A stretch of 57,620 bases of DNA. Source: a virus. Its lineage: Duplodnaviria > Caudoviricetes. The translations under genes were made by a program, and so were the position numbers. Where the stretch lies: IMG/VR virus record IMGVR_UViG_3300028024_000011, positions 1 to 57,620 of that record; one strand, given 5' to 3'. Below, piece after piece: positions 28,329 to 38,759 of this stretch. Positions within the stretch are counted from its first letter, which is position 1. Every line of letters begins with the position of its first letter. The notes under the pieces were generated by a model. The model made no database searches, was not told where the DNA came from, and saw only the letters and a program-made list of their open reading frames with translations.

Positions 28329-28606
28329 GCCCCCCTTTTACGATCCTTCAGCCCGGCGCGCAGATTGCGCCGGGCCCGCCAGTCTACCACCCACAACCAC
28401 CGGCCGCGAGCACGGCCTATCACGCCGTCGTGCCACGTCCACACGAACACGTCGCGTCCGATCCGTGTCACGACGTAGCCGGTACCACCATCGGGCAGAT
28501 TGGCGAGTCGGTACACCCATCGATCGTACTCGGCCACGGCTCGCGTGTTCGGACCATGATCGAACTGTGGCGGTGGACGATCCGGCATCGGTGCTTTGTA
28601 CGCCAT
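28325..28606 (-). CDS. Hypothetical protein
   Basis: Start MAYKAP overlapping previous stop. Confidence 0.5.
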   Translation of the reverse strand: MAYKAPMPDRPPPQFDHGPNTRAVAEYDRWVYRLANLPDGGTGYVVTRIGRDVFVWTWHDGVIGRARGRWLWVVDWRARRNLRAGLKDRKRGA

Positions 28607-29241
28607 CAGCCCACCATCCGGATACCGCGTGTCGCCGGCGACTTCCGCCGAGCGATCGTACATTTACAGTTCGCCAGACATTGCCGCATGCCAATAGGCG
28701 TTAGCGTGCCGAGCGGTACCCACTGTCCGCTGAGTGCCGTGCAGTCCGGGCACGATTCGTCGGCGTGTAGGTAATTGCGCTCCTCGTCATAGCCGCGGCT
28801 CGCGTCGTCTCGCGCCCGCACTGTCTCAAACATCACGCGACTGTGCGAGCCATACATGGCGGCCCGGACCGGCAGTCGACCGTCGAGCGGAATAGTCCCG
28901 GCCGCGATGCCGTTGGCAAAGTCGCGCAGATAGCCGTACTGGCCGCGGATCTCGTGACCGATGAATCCCCAGTCGGCCGGCGTCATGGCGCCGCGCCCAC
29001 CATGCGCGGCCACGCCGGCCGCCACGTGTGACGCTTTGATGTTGGCCAGCATGCGCGTCTGCCACTCGGCTAGCGTGATCTGATCGTTTCGTAGCGCTTG
29101 CGTCAGGATGTGATTGTGAATGGCCGCGTTATCCGCCAGCACGTCCACGACGGCCCGTACTTCGGCGTTGCTGATGAATCGGCCCGTTGTCACGTTGCGG
29201 TACGTTCCCGTCCTCGGGTCGTGGTTGAACACGTCCGGCAT
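28606..29241 (-). CDS. Minor head / head morphogenesis-like protein
   Basis: SCPDC..L.G.W.P.G...PIG..C..NCKC C-terminus; after portal. Confidence 0.7.
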   Translation of the reverse strand: MPDVFNHDPRTGTYRNVTTGRFISNAEVRAVVDVLADNAAIHNHILTQALRNDQITLAEWQTRMLANIKASHVAAGVAAHGGRGAMTPADWGFIGHEIRGQYGYLRDFANGIAAGTIPLDGRLPVRAAMYGSHSRVMFETVRARDDASRGYDEERNYLHADESCPDCTALSGQWVPLGTLTPIGMRQCLANCKCTIARRKSPATRGIRMVG

Positions 29242-29421
29242 TAGACTTCCCCTTCGGCCTTGACCGCGCCTTGCTCAGCGTTGCCGGCGCGAGCTTTTCG
29301 AGTACGCGCTGTAGCCCACACGTACAGCGGATGCTGATACGCTGTGGTATCTCGCATGATGTGTGGTGCCGTATCCACGGACTGACGGTAAGGATCGCTC
29401 GTTCAGCCTCGCTCGCGGCCA

Positions 29422-29640
29422 TCAGTTCATCCGTCCGTACGCATTCATCAGACCGGGTTCGGGAGCAAGCACGAACGGCGGCCAGTCCCTCAGGTCGCGC
29501 TCGTGGCCCGGCTCGACAATATGCCGACTGCCACACGCGACACACGTCTCCGGTAGGTTGCCGGTGCCAATCAGGCCGGGTACGGCCAGCGAGGTACCGT
29601 ACGAACCACAGTCCGCGCAATAGAACCGCATGCCGTTCAT
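29422..29640 (-). CDS. Small zinc-ribbon protein
   Basis: CADC...CVACGS. Confidence 0.5.
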   Translation of the reverse strand: MNGMRFYCADCGSYGTSLAVPGLIGTGNLPETCVACGSRHIVEPGHERDLRDWPPFVLAPEPGLMNAYGRMN

Positions 29641-29930
29641 CGCGCCCACCACGGCCGCCGTAGGCCGTCGTCCCATCGCTGGCGCGGCGCCCCGCGCACC
29701 GTATCAGCCTCGAAGCAAGCGGGCACATCGTGTTGAGTTGCGACAAACGCGTTTAGCGCTTCGGCCGTGCGCGCTATAGACGCGGCAAACACTAGTATTC
29801 CGTGGCCGGTGCAGTAGCCGAAGCGCGCGGCGATCGTAGCTGACGTATCATCGGATATACCCAACGCTGTAGCGCGTCCGGCGTAAAGCTCGGCGTGATC
29901 CGGCCCGTTAGCGCAGCACTCTCTACACAT
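29637..29930 (-). CDS. Hypothetical protein
   Basis: AGGGGG RBS, ORF track. Confidence 0.5.
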   Translation of the reverse strand: MCRECCANGPDHAELYAGRATALGISDDTSATIAARFGYCTGHGILVFAASIARTAEALNAFVATQHDVPACFEADTVRGAPRQRWDDGLRRPWWAR

Positions 29931-29955
29931 CGCCTGTCCCCCTGTTGTTCGCGAG

Positions 29956-31566
29956 CTACACGCCGGTATCGTCTTGTGTGGCGTCTAGCAAGCCTTCGAG
30001 GCCGGTGCCGGCTGCCGCGTCGTCCCACAACTTCGATGCATCCGGCAGATCCGGCAAACCAACATCCGCCAACAGGTCTAGATCGCTGTCGGTCAGCGCG
30101 AGCGGGTCGCCTAGATCGGCCGCCGTGATCGTAGCCGCAGTCTTACCGTTGCCGTTCGTGTGGCCGTTCTGAGCGGCCCCGAGCGCGCCCAGGTACCGAA
30201 CTAAGGCCAGACGCCTCGCGGCCGTCTGTTGGCCCGCCGGTGGTGTCTGGGGGGCATCGGTAGGCGCGGCAGACGGCGCCGGTAGCGCCAGCGCCTCCGG
30301 TGTGGTCAGCGTGACAATGTTCGGGATGGCGCGGACGTCGCCCTCTGTGCCCGGCAACGGATCTGCACCGGTTGCTATAAGCGCCTGATTGAGCGTCCAG
30401 ATACCGGCCAGCCAGTTGCCGCGCGCCCGTGCATGCTGCTTGTCATGGTCGGGCTGTAGTACCCGGACCTTGCTGTAGTCGTGAGCTACCTGTGTGGTAG
30501 CTTCGTCGTCAAAGTCCGGGAGCAATTGCAGGTTGATATCGTCGTCAAACATTTCGTGATCGGGCATGATGTAGCCCTCATAGCTCGCCTCGCGCGCCTC
30601 GCTGACGTTGTTATAGATACTGCGATCGAGGCCGGCGCCCAGTCCGACCATCACCGCCGAAATGCCGAGTGCGGCTGTGATGCGTTCCTCGGGAAATCGG
30701 CGGATGCCCTTCAGATCCATATCCTTGGGTGACCAGGACACGACTTTGACGTCTGTAGGCCCGGTCATGACCATAGGACGGCCGCGGTTGTCGCCGGTGT
30801 AGTTCGCCGTGAATTTGTCGGCTATGCCGCTCAGTTCCTCGTCCGATGCGTCGGTTTCCTCTTTCGGGCTAATCACGACGCCGGGCACACCTAGATTTGC
30901 CATGAGCGCGGCTGTCATCGCGGCGGCCTCTTCGTCTGTGAAGATTTCGCGCAAGAGCGCCCGTAGGTCGTTACGGCCGAGCCGGATGTTTCGCGGATCG
31001 AATCCGCGGCGGAAGTGGACGACGTCAGACGGATCGTAGTACGTCGGTTCACCTTGCCCCGGCGAATAGATGTAGCGGCTGATGTAGACCGTATCGTCGT
31101 CTACCGGCCAGTCCGGTTGCATCATCCACGACGGCGCCCACCACAGTTCTTGCACCCGGCCTCGCGCTACACCGGTACTGCTGTTGCGGACTTTGATCCA
31201 ATACGAGTTACCGGTCAGCATCCGATCAGCAACGGTCGCCATGATCAACTGTCGGCCCGAGTAGAACGGATTGGGCCGCCGTAGCTTGACCGCGAGCGGA
31301 TGGGTATCAGATCGCTTCCATTCCCCCGATGCTGTGTCGAGCTTCAGCACGACGATAGGCGCCTCGGGCCACGTTCGTTCTATCCAGTTGCGACACGCGA
31401 TCACGATCGAGCTTGACGTACCATCGCCTACGCGTCGGCGCATTAGTTCGACGGATACGCCGCTCGCCCAACTCAGTCCCCAACGATTGGAACGCGGGAA
31501 ACGAATGCTGCCCACACGCTCGGCAACGGCCTTGACCGCGCCAGTGATAGCCGACCAGATACCCAC
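29956..31566 (-). CDS. Portal protein, HK97 family
   Basis: RPNPFYSG, LTGNSY, DVVHFR, PGVVI, SPKDM. Confidence 0.93.
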   Translation of the reverse strand: MGIWSAITGAVKAVAERVGSIRFPRSNRWGLSWASGVSVELMRRRVGDGTSSSIVIACRNWIERTWPEAPIVVLKLDTASGEWKRSDTHPLAVKLRRPNPFYSGRQLIMATVADRMLTGNSYWIKVRNSSTGVARGRVQELWWAPSWMMQPDWPVDDDTVYISRYIYSPGQGEPTYYDPSDVVHFRRGFDPRNIRLGRNDLRALLREIFTDEEAAAMTAALMANLGVPGVVISPKEETDASDEELSGIADKFTANYTGDNRGRPMVMTGPTDVKVVSWSPKDMDLKGIRRFPEERITAALGISAVMVGLGAGLDRSIYNNVSEAREASYEGYIMPDHEMFDDDINLQLLPDFDDEATTQVAHDYSKVRVLQPDHDKQHARARGNWLAGIWTLNQALIATGADPLPGTEGDVRAIPNIVTLTTPEALALPAPSAAPTDAPQTPPAGQQTAARRLALVRYLGALGAAQNGHTNGNGKTAATITAADLGDPLALTDSDLDLLADVGLPDLPDASKLWDDAAAGTGLEGLLDATQDDTGV

Positions 31567-31773
31567 GGCTTAGCCCTCCGATCGGTCAAGGATACCATGT
31601 AGCCTTGCGTAGCAATTCCAGCACAGCAATAGGTCGCGACTCGGGCCGTGCAATCGCTGACGCTCGCCGCACAGTGTGACACAGCCATCGCAGATCAGAC
31701 GTCACGTGAGTAGCCGCGCGATCGCCCGCGCGATCCATAGCAGCACGGCGCCGGCGTGGCCGTGGTACAGGAA

Positions 31774-31799
31774 CAATGTCATCCTGAGATGACATTTCA
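31774..31799. promoter_or_regulatory. Palindrome copy 7
   Basis: AATGTCATC-CTGA-GATGACATTTCA overlapping stop at 31797. Confidence 0.85.
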
Positions 31800-32018
31800 T
31801 GCTGTTGGCCATGTTTCTGGCTTCCCTTCCACTCTGATGCTGATAGCGTCGGCGCATGGGATCGGCTCACACCATCGGCACAGGTAGCCGTGCATGCGCT
31901 GGCTATACAGGACGTCCCCGCTCGGTGTCCTGACGTAACCCTCGTCTACCCACGACACACGCCGCCGGTCGTGCCGGCCGAGCTTGCACGTCGTTGCCGC
32001 GCGTAGCTGTTTGATCAT
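31797..32018 (-). CDS. Hypothetical protein
   Basis: MIKQLR..CKLGRH..CRWC; ATGA overlap with terminase stop. Confidence 0.5.
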   Translation of the reverse strand: MIKQLRAATTCKLGRHDRRRVSWVDEGYVRTPSGDVLYSQRMHGYLCRWCEPIPCADAISIRVEGKPETWPTA

Positions 32019-33457
32019 ACGGCCCCCCATCGTCGTTTTCGTTTGCCGTGCTTGTGCGCCCAGTATGTGACAGCCGCGGCCATAAACGAGTCCGGCGGAT
32101 GGCCCTCTCTGTTCCATAGATCCTTTTGAGTGCAGTATTTGTGCTCGCCATACGCGTGCTCAATGTACGGCGCCTCGATCTCTTCGTTTTCAACTGCCGC
32201 TATGTACTCGTTGATCATGTCGGACCGTCCGCGCCCGACCATGACTTTGTCTTCTACCGCTGACTCCAGCATGTCGGACACAACACCGCCGAGCCCGGTG
32301 GCATCATGCGCCGACTTGCCGGGGTATCGCTCGTTGCGATCGTCCAGAAGTTTGACCATCTGTGGCCACGGGCGCCGGCCGTCGCGCTGATAGGCTACGA
32401 ACCGCATAGGTTTGACGTCAGTACGTAGTGTCCAGACCACCGTGTAGTCCGTCGTCTTAGCCCAGTCCGCGCCATTGGCGTAGGTAGCACCACGGACCGG
32501 CGGCTCGATTTCGATGTACTCGCGCAGCCGGCCAGCGTACTGCCCGAGATCCCGGCGGAACATCGTCTCAACGGCTGTGGTCTGAATGGCTCGTGATTCG
32601 CTGGACGGTTCCTGTAGTTCGTACTCGGTGTCCCACATCACGGCGGTTACCTCGCCGCGCTTGCGGTCTACCTCGCTGTCTTCGAGCCATCCGCCATTTG
32701 ATTGCAAGCACTCTCTATAGCACCATTCGTACGTAGGCCAGCCCTTATCGCTGGCTCGCTTCAGCATCGTGGACATGGAACCGTCCGGGTATTGATGCGT
32801 GCTCGACATTACGGTCTGGGCTCGGATGCCACCGGACGCCATCGTCTGGCCCATCGCCGCGTCGATGATCCCCTGCCTGATCTCGTCTACTTCGTCCATC
32901 CGTAGCCGGTGCGGATGTGGCCCGCGTGCTGATCGTGTCGACGCTAGCAAGGCAATCGTTTTAGATCCGCTGATCAATTCTGTTTCGTACGTCGTTCGAT
33001 CTTTCTTGAGTAAGTCGATAGGTGCGTTTTGATATGCCCAGAATTTATCTTGTGCTTCGTGGACGCGCGCCGACTGCTGGCCCGAGCCACCCAGGATCGT
33101 CACGTTCGCGCCCAGTAGGATCGCCTCGATGTGCGCCAGCAACGCTAGCAGCGTCGTCTTACCGGCGAGACCGCGCGAGCCCTTCCAGATCGCCATTGAG
33201 CTTCGGGCAAAGAACGCGTCTGCGAACGCTTCCAACGGTGCGCGGTGGTTCGGGCAGATCCGCCGAGCCGGGATCACGAAGCCCGTCAACTCGCGTACTG
33301 TCTCGGCTAACTCTGCATCGGTGCCGATGTCATAGACCGGGAGCGGCTGAGACGATTGCTCGCCCTTCAGCCGCTCCGATTCGTTCTCTTCCACGGCCTG
33401 ACCAGCCACTACCCATAGCGCGCTGATCAGACCGTCGTCCATGTATCGTGTCGGCAC
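32015..33457 (-). CDS. terL: Terminase large subunit
   Basis: Walker A SRGLAGKT, Walker B LRMDE, nuclease GADWAK..DYT, HDATGLG, HPPD. Confidence 0.9.
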   Translation of the reverse strand: MPTRYMDDGLISALWVVAGQAVEENESERLKGEQSSQPLPVYDIGTDAELAETVRELTGFVIPARRICPNHRAPLEAFADAFFARSSMAIWKGSRGLAGKTTLLALLAHIEAILLGANVTILGGSGQQSARVHEAQDKFWAYQNAPIDLLKKDRTTYETELISGSKTIALLASTRSARGPHPHRLRMDEVDEIRQGIIDAAMGQTMASGGIRAQTVMSSTHQYPDGSMSTMLKRASDKGWPTYEWCYRECLQSNGGWLEDSEVDRKRGEVTAVMWDTEYELQEPSSESRAIQTTAVETMFRRDLGQYAGRLREYIEIEPPVRGATYANGADWAKTTDYTVVWTLRTDVKPMRFVAYQRDGRRPWPQMVKLLDDRNERYPGKSAHDATGLGGVVSDMLESAVEDKVMVGRGRSDMINEYIAAVENEEIEAPYIEHAYGEHKYCTQKDLWNREGHPPDSFMAAAVTYWAHKHGKRKRRWGAV

Positions 33458-33459
33458 GG

Positions 33460-33738
33460 CTAGTCGTCCTGTGATTCCTTCCGCGCCTCATGGTTCACGT
33501 ACTCGCGCTGATCGGTCATGTACCAGTCTGACGTATTGTCCTTGCCCTTGACGACTTCGTAGCCGACCATCGGTGCTACCGATCGCGCCAGCGCCAACGC
33601 TGTGTCCGGACTGATCTCTTCCCTGATCAGTGCTTTGTACACGCGGGCGATGGCGTGCGCGATTTCCTCCGGCGTCTCGAATTCCTCGTCATCGTCGTCA
33701 CCCACGATCTGAATGTGCCCGTTCGCGTTCTCATCCAT
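33460..33738 (-). CDS. Hypothetical acidic protein
   Basis: Start MDENAN with GGGAG RBS. Confidence 0.55.
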   Translation of the reverse strand: MDENANGHIQIVGDDDDEEFETPEEIAHAIARVYKALIREEISPDTALALARSVAPMVGYEVVKGKDNTSDWYMTDQREYVNHEARKESQDD

Positions 33739-34171
33739 CGTCGTCATCACTCCCATCGTGTCGTCGTGGCAGTATCCGCTCGTAGGAATCGGCCGGCGCG
33801 TCGTAGGTGTCACCGGTCGGTCCCATTGCCTCGCGCAGTTCGCGTGCTCGTTTGATCAGTACGCCGGCCGGGAGCCCGGTCATGGCGGATAGCCTCGCGG
33901 CCAAATCCGTAACGTCAAGCTCGACAGGTTGGACCGGGTTGCCCTCGCTGTACTTCGTGAGCCAGTCAATGGCCCGGATCGAATCCCGGTCCTCGCCGTG
34001 CAGGGCTATACGCATCATGCGCCCGACGATCTGCTGAGCTTTCGTGACGGTCACGCCGCGAGCACGGACCGTCTTCTTTAGCTCGGCTTTGATCGCGTCG
34101 GACACAAGCCGCGTTTTGGGCCGGCCGGCCGGGTTGCCAGACTCGCCGGGTGCCCACTTGTGGCCCGGCAT
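33731..34171 (-). CDS. Terminase small subunit-like (DUF5681-type N-terminus)
   Basis: KWAPGESGNPAGRPK motif; upstream of terL. Confidence 0.7.
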   Translation of the reverse strand: MPGHKWAPGESGNPAGRPKTRLVSDAIKAELKKTVRARGVTVTKAQQIVGRMMRIALHGEDRDSIRAIDWLTKYSEGNPVQPVELDVTDLAARLSAMTGLPAGVLIKRARELREAMGPTGDTYDAPADSYERILPRRHDGSDDDDG

Positions 34172-34172
34172 G

Positions 34173-35006
34173 CTAGCTGTCTGTTCCCACGGCATCGGCC
34201 AGTACGTTGCCGTTCACATCGTGGCAGCGTTCGGCGTGACCATTTGGGTACGTACAGCGTGACGCCACCTGACACGGTCCTACGGCCGCGCGGATGGCCA
34301 GTGTGTCTCTGTAATCGTACTGCGCCTGAGTGGACAGTCTGTCCATGATTGTCCACTCGTGATAGATGGCTCGGGCGATCAGTGCCGTAGACTCCGATTC
34401 GCTGTGCATCACCTCAGCGAGCGGCCGTAGCTGTATCTGCGCGGCTGTGCGCTGTTTCGGCTGGCCTTCGTATGCCATGATCAGGAACGGATGCACGCGC
34501 CACGCCGGGTCGTCCTGGTGACCATCGGCGTATATGGGCGGATGTGGCACCCGGAAGTGATTACGGACGATGATGCCCAGTTCCTCGCGGGCTTCCCGAC
34601 GCATGCACATTTCAGCGTCTTCGCCGGGCTCGATCTTGCCGCCGATGAACACCCACCGGTACGGCGCGCTGGCGCCGTATTTGAGTGCTCCCGGTGGGCC
34701 ACTGTGGTTGCGCCATTCCATCAGCACGTACGGCTCAGTGATTGATAGCGCGGCCCGTTCTACCTGCAACAGTGTCGGGCCGTTCACGAGGATAGTGAAC
34801 ACGGCTGCGCCTTGCTCCGGCGAGATCAACCGGCGCGGACTGATCATCCGCAACCGTGTCACCGCGGAGTCTACGCGCTCGGCTGTCTCTGGTAAAAGCA
34901 GTTTCCGGACTCGTTCAAGCCCGAGATACATCACGACATCGTCAAGTGCTTGTGATGAGTCCCGGTACGCCTTCAGTAGGTCGCCGTCTACCCACTCGGC
35001 TGTCAT
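34173..35006 (-). CDS. Nudix hydrolase
   Basis: Nudix box GGKIEPGEDAEMCMRREAREELG. Confidence 0.85.
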   Translation of the reverse strand: MTAEWVDGDLLKAYRDSSQALDDVVMYLGLERVRKLLLPETAERVDSAVTRLRMISPRRLISPEQGAAVFTILVNGPTLLQVERAALSITEPYVLMEWRNHSGPPGALKYGASAPYRWVFIGGKIEPGEDAEMCMRREAREELGIIVRNHFRVPHPPIYADGHQDDPAWRVHPFLIMAYEGQPKQRTAAQIQLRPLAEVMHSESESTALIARAIYHEWTIMDRLSTQAQYDYRDTLAIRAAVGPCQVASRCTYPNGHAERCHDVNGNVLADAVGTDS

Positions 35007-35413
35007 AGTGTCTGCCCCCTGAAATCGATGCAGTGACCGCTGTGGCCGTCGCCCATGATGCACGATGCGTTGACGCGGCACGGTAGGCGCGTTTTGATCT
35101 GCTCGGCAGCCTCGAAGACGGGCGCGTACTCGGCCGCCACGTCGGCCGCGATCGTCTCCGTTTGCGCCATCATCACCCGATAGACGCCGGCGGCCCGGTG
35201 GATGCGATCCCAGACCCGCTGTGGCACTCCGTTCGCGGCCATTGGGATGCCCATCCCGTCAAGCTCGGCCAGCGCTTCGGCGCACTCGCGTAGCGTGCTG
35301 ATCGCGCGCTCCGGGTTGTCCCAATGGTCATCACACGCCGGGATCGCGGTTAGACCATTCGTTGTCTCGCGCCCATCGATCGGGCACACGCTCGTCTGCT
35401 GTAATCCTTGCAT
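35003..35413 (-). CDS. Hypothetical protein
   Basis: AGGGGG RBS; Cys/His motifs at both ends. Confidence 0.6.
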   Translation of the reverse strand: MQGLQQTSVCPIDGRETTNGLTAIPACDDHWDNPERAISTLRECAEALAELDGMGIPMAANGVPQRVWDRIHRAAGVYRVMMAQTETIAADVAAEYAPVFEAAEQIKTRLPCRVNASCIMGDGHSGHCIDFRGQTL

Positions 35414-35499
35414 AGGTTCTGTCCCCCTGAATATATCCGCAACACGAGCACGTGTCTGGCTCGTATTCGCCTACCAGATTGCAGCCGCATACCTCGCAC

Positions 35500-36102
35500 T
35501 CACGAGCCACAGCCGGCCGCTTCGTGAACGAGCATCTTCTGACGCGTCTTGAAGCCCTTACGGCACTGCTCGCACCTGTAGTTAGCCGGTGTCTCGGCAT
35601 CGCCTCTGACTGAGGTACGCGCCACGCCGGGCATGTTCAGGCGCGCGGCCTGATCGGCATGCCAAAGACACGTCCCGCACACGTTGTGATAGTTCAGCCA
35701 GCCACCGCACTCGACGCCGTTCCGCTTACGGTGGCAGAAATACTCCGGGTGAAGCTCGTGCAGTCGCTTGCCGTGCTCGCGCTGAAATGCCAGGAATTCG
35801 TCCGTGATCTCGAACGGGTCATTGTGGATCGGTGGCACGTCCAGATGTTGCGTTCCGGTGCTGGTGACGAATGGCCACGTCTTGCCAACGTACTCCGGTG
35901 GGATCGGTGCGCCGGTCCTGGTGAGGTACTTCGGCGTGCCGTCCTTCCATGTACCCTGTGCTCGCGGGCTCGGCGGCTCGGCCGGACGCGAAATGTCATC
36001 CTGAGATGACATTTCGGCCGGCTCGTCTGGCCACTCGTTGAGCCAATCCGGCGAGACATCGTCAGACTGGCGTCGTCGGAACGGCAGGATACGGCCGCTC
36101 AC
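35500..36102 (-). CDS. Hypothetical protein with C-terminal C2H2-like finger
   Basis: YRCEQCRKGFKTRQKMLVHE. Confidence 0.6.
   Translation of the reverse strand: MSGRILPFRRRQSDDVSPDWLNEWPDEPAEMSSQDDISRPAEPPSPRAQGTWKDGTPKYLTRTGAPIPPEYVGKTWPFVTSTGTQHLDVPPIHNDPFEITDEFLAFQREHGKRLHELHPEYFCHRKRNGVECGGWLNYHNVCGTCLWHADQAARLNMPGVARTSVRGDAETPANYRCEQCRKGFKTRQKMLVHEAAGCGS
35989..36016. promoter_or_regulatory. Palindrome copy 8 (within CDS)
   Basis: CGAAATGTCATC-CTGA-GATGACATTTCG. Confidence 0.85.
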
Positions 36103-36416
36103 GGGGCCGCCAGCGGCTTCGAGAGCGCTTCAGGTACCGGAACACCCATTACCGCGCAAAACGCCGTAACGACGTCCGTAGGGGCAATGGCGAGCCATAC
36201 AGACGCGAGTGTCCCGCACTCGGCCGCCTGAGCGGTAGCGCCGAGCGTCATGTACACGGACTGACACGCGATCAGACGGCAAAGCGTCTGCACTTGCTGA
36301 GCGTGTGGTATCGCGTCGACTTCGGCCAATGCCGCGCGGGCTCGGGCAGCAAGCTCGCGGTACTCTTCGTCCGTGTGTTTGATCCGGTGTCGACGCGGCA
36401 TGATACGGTCCCGCAT
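36099..36416 (-). CDS. Hypothetical protein
   Basis: ORF coupled to neighbour. Confidence 0.55.
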   Translation of the reverse strand: MRDRIMPRRHRIKHTDEEYRELAARARAALAEVDAIPHAQQVQTLCRLIACQSVYMTLGATAQAAECGTLASVWLAIAPTDVVTAFCAVMGVPVPEALSKPLAAP

Positions 36417-36420
36417 CGCG

Positions 36421-36972
36421 CTAGCCGATCACGCCGGGATGGTTGATCCGCGGGTATCCGCAATTCGCGCACTGAGGATAGCCGTCTGACTCGGCCTGAC
36501 TGCCGGGTCCGGCCGGGTCGTATTCCTCGCAGACGCCGCCGTGATCTACGCGGTCACGTTCGCACGTCGCGCACACGCCGTAACCGCCGGCGACGTACTT
36601 GCCACACGCGCCCGTCGATTCAATGGCAACGTCATACGCTGGCGTTGTTCTGGCGCCGTCCGTCCCCACCTGCTCGCCGGGCATGGATGGTTCCACAGCC
36701 GCCGCTGATTCCTGAATGTCTGATCGCACCGTGGACACTGAAACGGTAGAAACATCGTCGCCCCCTGGTTCGGGCAGTCGAGCCAGCCACGCGGCAGCCG
36801 ACTCGCGACACTGCGCACACGACAGCGCGCACTGTACTAGGTGCCGGGCCGCCTGTTCGATCGTCACAAACGGCCCGGCACCGTCTCGCGCGCAAATCGT
36901 CGCCACAGTCACCGGCAGCAACGACTCGACGTCGCCCGGGAAATCGTGCGGAAAATCGTGTTGCGCCATCAT
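36421..36972 (-). CDS. Cys-rich hypothetical protein
   Basis: AGGGGGAG RBS; repeated C..C...R..H. Confidence 0.55.
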   Translation of the reverse strand: MMAQHDFPHDFPGDVESLLPVTVATICARDGAGPFVTIEQAARHLVQCALSCAQCRESAAAWLARLPEPGGDDVSTVSVSTVRSDIQESAAAVEPSMPGEQVGTDGARTTPAYDVAIESTGACGKYVAGGYGVCATCERDRVDHGGVCEEYDPAGPGSQAESDGYPQCANCGYPRINHPGVIG

Positions 36973-37274
36973 CTCCCCCTGTCTAGCTTGCGGTACTCTT
37001 CCGCGCACTGCGTCGCCACCGATCTAGCATACCGTGTCAGCGCGTAGTCGCGCACGGCGCCGTCTGTGACGCTCAGGAATGCCGCGAGTTTTTGTACCTG
37101 AATGTCAGCGAGCGGCGAGCCCTCGCCGTGCTGCGCCGTGATCTCGTTCAGCCGCGCCCACGCCTCGCACAGCCGGCCCATCTCGACGTTGAGGTAATGG
37201 TGGGCCAGACGTTCATTTTCCGCGCGAGCCATCACGACGTGTTCGATGGGACTCGGTGCGCGCCTATTCATCAA
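36969..37274 (-). CDS. Hypothetical protein
   Basis: ORF coupled to neighbours. Confidence 0.55.
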   Translation of the reverse strand: MMNRRAPSPIEHVVMARAENERLAHHYLNVEMGRLCEAWARLNEITAQHGEGSPLADIQVQKLAAFLSVTDGAVRDYALTRYARSVATQCAEEYRKLDRGR

Positions 37275-37911
37275 TCGGCACCATCTTCTCGCCGTCCCAT
37301 TTCAGCGTGGCGGGTGGTAGACGGCTGCCCTCGCGCTCGACACGTTCGCGCGCCTTCATCTCACCGCGTCGAGCTACGTCCGGATCTGAGTCGAACCGGT
37401 ACAGAAACGGCGGATCGCATTCGGTCAACATGCGGAACGTAGCGCCGTCGATTCCGCGCGTTAGCGCCTCTGGCACATCGTGTGTCAGTTCCTCGCGCAT
37501 GTCGTCGATGATGTCTGACATCTGTCTCGGGCCGAAGTACAGCCATTGTGTCCCGGTCACACTGAGCACGGCATCCGGGGCATCAGTCGCCGTGAACGTA
37601 TGGTGACGTCCATGCGCGGGCTCATCAGATGCCCCCGGTTGCTCCATAGCGGGCCGTGGTGACATGAAAACCGGCGCATCGGCCAGACAGTAGGGCTCGC
37701 CCGCTTCGGCCGTGTCTTGCCCGTCCGGCGTCGTCACCATCGCGGTAATCAACACCGTGAGAATCTCAACGGACGGATGGATCATGATGCCGCGCTCAGG
37801 ATCAACCCGGATGAGGCCCGGCAGTGCCACGAGTCCACCCGAGTCGCCATCCCAGACCATCACGCCATCATAGTCTGTGCTGACAAATATACCGATGCGC
37901 TTCTGAGTCAT
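37264..37911 (-). CDS. Hypothetical protein
   Basis: AGGGGG RBS, 215 aa. Confidence 0.65.
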   Translation of the reverse strand: MTQKRIGIFVSTDYDGVMVWDGDSGGLVALPGLIRVDPERGIMIHPSVEILTVLITAMVTTPDGQDTAEAGEPYCLADAPVFMSPRPAMEQPGASDEPAHGRHHTFTATDAPDAVLSVTGTQWLYFGPRQMSDIIDDMREELTHDVPEALTRGIDGATFRMLTECDPPFLYRFDSDPDVARRGEMKARERVEREGSRLPPATLKWDGEKMVPIDE

Positions 37912-37922
37912 CGTCTGCCCCC

Positions 37923-37948
37923 TGAAATGTCATCCCAGGATGACATTT
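37923..37948. promoter_or_regulatory. Palindrome copy 9
   Basis: AAATGTCATC-CCAG-GATGACATTT, intergenic. Confidence 0.8.
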
Positions 37949-38510
37949 AGCCCGGCCACGCTCGGCCGGTTGCCTCGAATGCTCGCCGGAACGCTGCCGC
38001 CGGGTCTCTCAAGATGTCGGCCACGGCCTGAGAGTGGCCGGGCCGCCAGACCGTCGAGCGCGTATACCGTACGTCTGCCATCGATTCGGCTATGTCGCGC
38101 TGATCGTCCGTGAGTTTGCCAGACTGTCGCTTTAGCTCGGCCAGAATCATGAACGGGCCGCGCCAGATAATCAAGTCTTGCAGTCCGCGCCGGTTACGGA
38201 TCTGCGTGTACGGGTGCCGGCGGTCGCGCGAGCATACCCACTCGCCACCACAGCGGCAGCGTCGGCGGTTGTTCGTGGCGTCGTCGTGCCACCATCGCCA
38301 GCCGAACATCCGCAATAGCCCGAACACCTGAGATTGCCACGTGGATTCGCTGATCTCGGGTAGGTACTCGTTCATGCCAGACTCAGCCGGCCGCGTGAAC
38401 GGGTCAACGACCCGCGGCAGAATCCGTGTTACGGCTCGCGGTACTTCGGATGACACGGGCTGTGCTCGGCTCGGGCTTCCGTCTGGGCTTGTCCGGGAGT
38501 CGTTGGTCAA
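37947..38510 (-). CDS. VRR-NUC / PD-(D/E)xK nuclease (start uncertain, possibly 38375)
   Basis: SE..WQ, GLQDLII, AELK..SGKLT.DQ, WRP motifs. Confidence 0.75.
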   Translation of the reverse strand: MTNDSRTSPDGSPSRAQPVSSEVPRAVTRILPRVVDPFTRPAESGMNEYLPEISESTWQSQVFGLLRMFGWRWWHDDATNNRRRCRCGGEWVCSRDRRHPYTQIRNRRGLQDLIIWRGPFMILAELKRQSGKLTDDQRDIAESMADVRYTRSTVWRPGHSQAVADILRDPAAAFRRAFEATGRAWPG

Positions 38511-38757
38511 GTCGTTCGCCCCGTTCCTCGTTCAGAAAATCGGCCAACGCTGTAAAACTACGCCGTACCTCAGCGAGCGTGCGCTGTTGCTGTGTCAGGA
38601 TTTCGAGTCCGATGGCAGCAACCATGATGCCGCAACAGGCAACCGTGAACAACACCAGGAGTACCGGGTTGTCGAACCGGACGCCATTGCGGAACGCCAT
38701 CACGACGGCTGCCATGAGCGCACACGCGAGGCCGGCGACTACGTAGACGGCCATCAT
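38404..38757 (-). CDS. Two-TM membrane protein
   Basis: Two hydrophobic segments; 3' end overlaps possible 5' extension of the nuclease. Confidence 0.5.
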   Translation of the reverse strand: MMAVYVVAGLACALMAAVVMAFRNGVRFDNPVLLVLFTVACCGIMVAAIGLEILTQQQRTLAEVRRSFTALADFLNEERGERLDQRLPDKPRRKPEPSTARVIRSTASRNTDSAAGR

Positions 38758-38759
38758 CG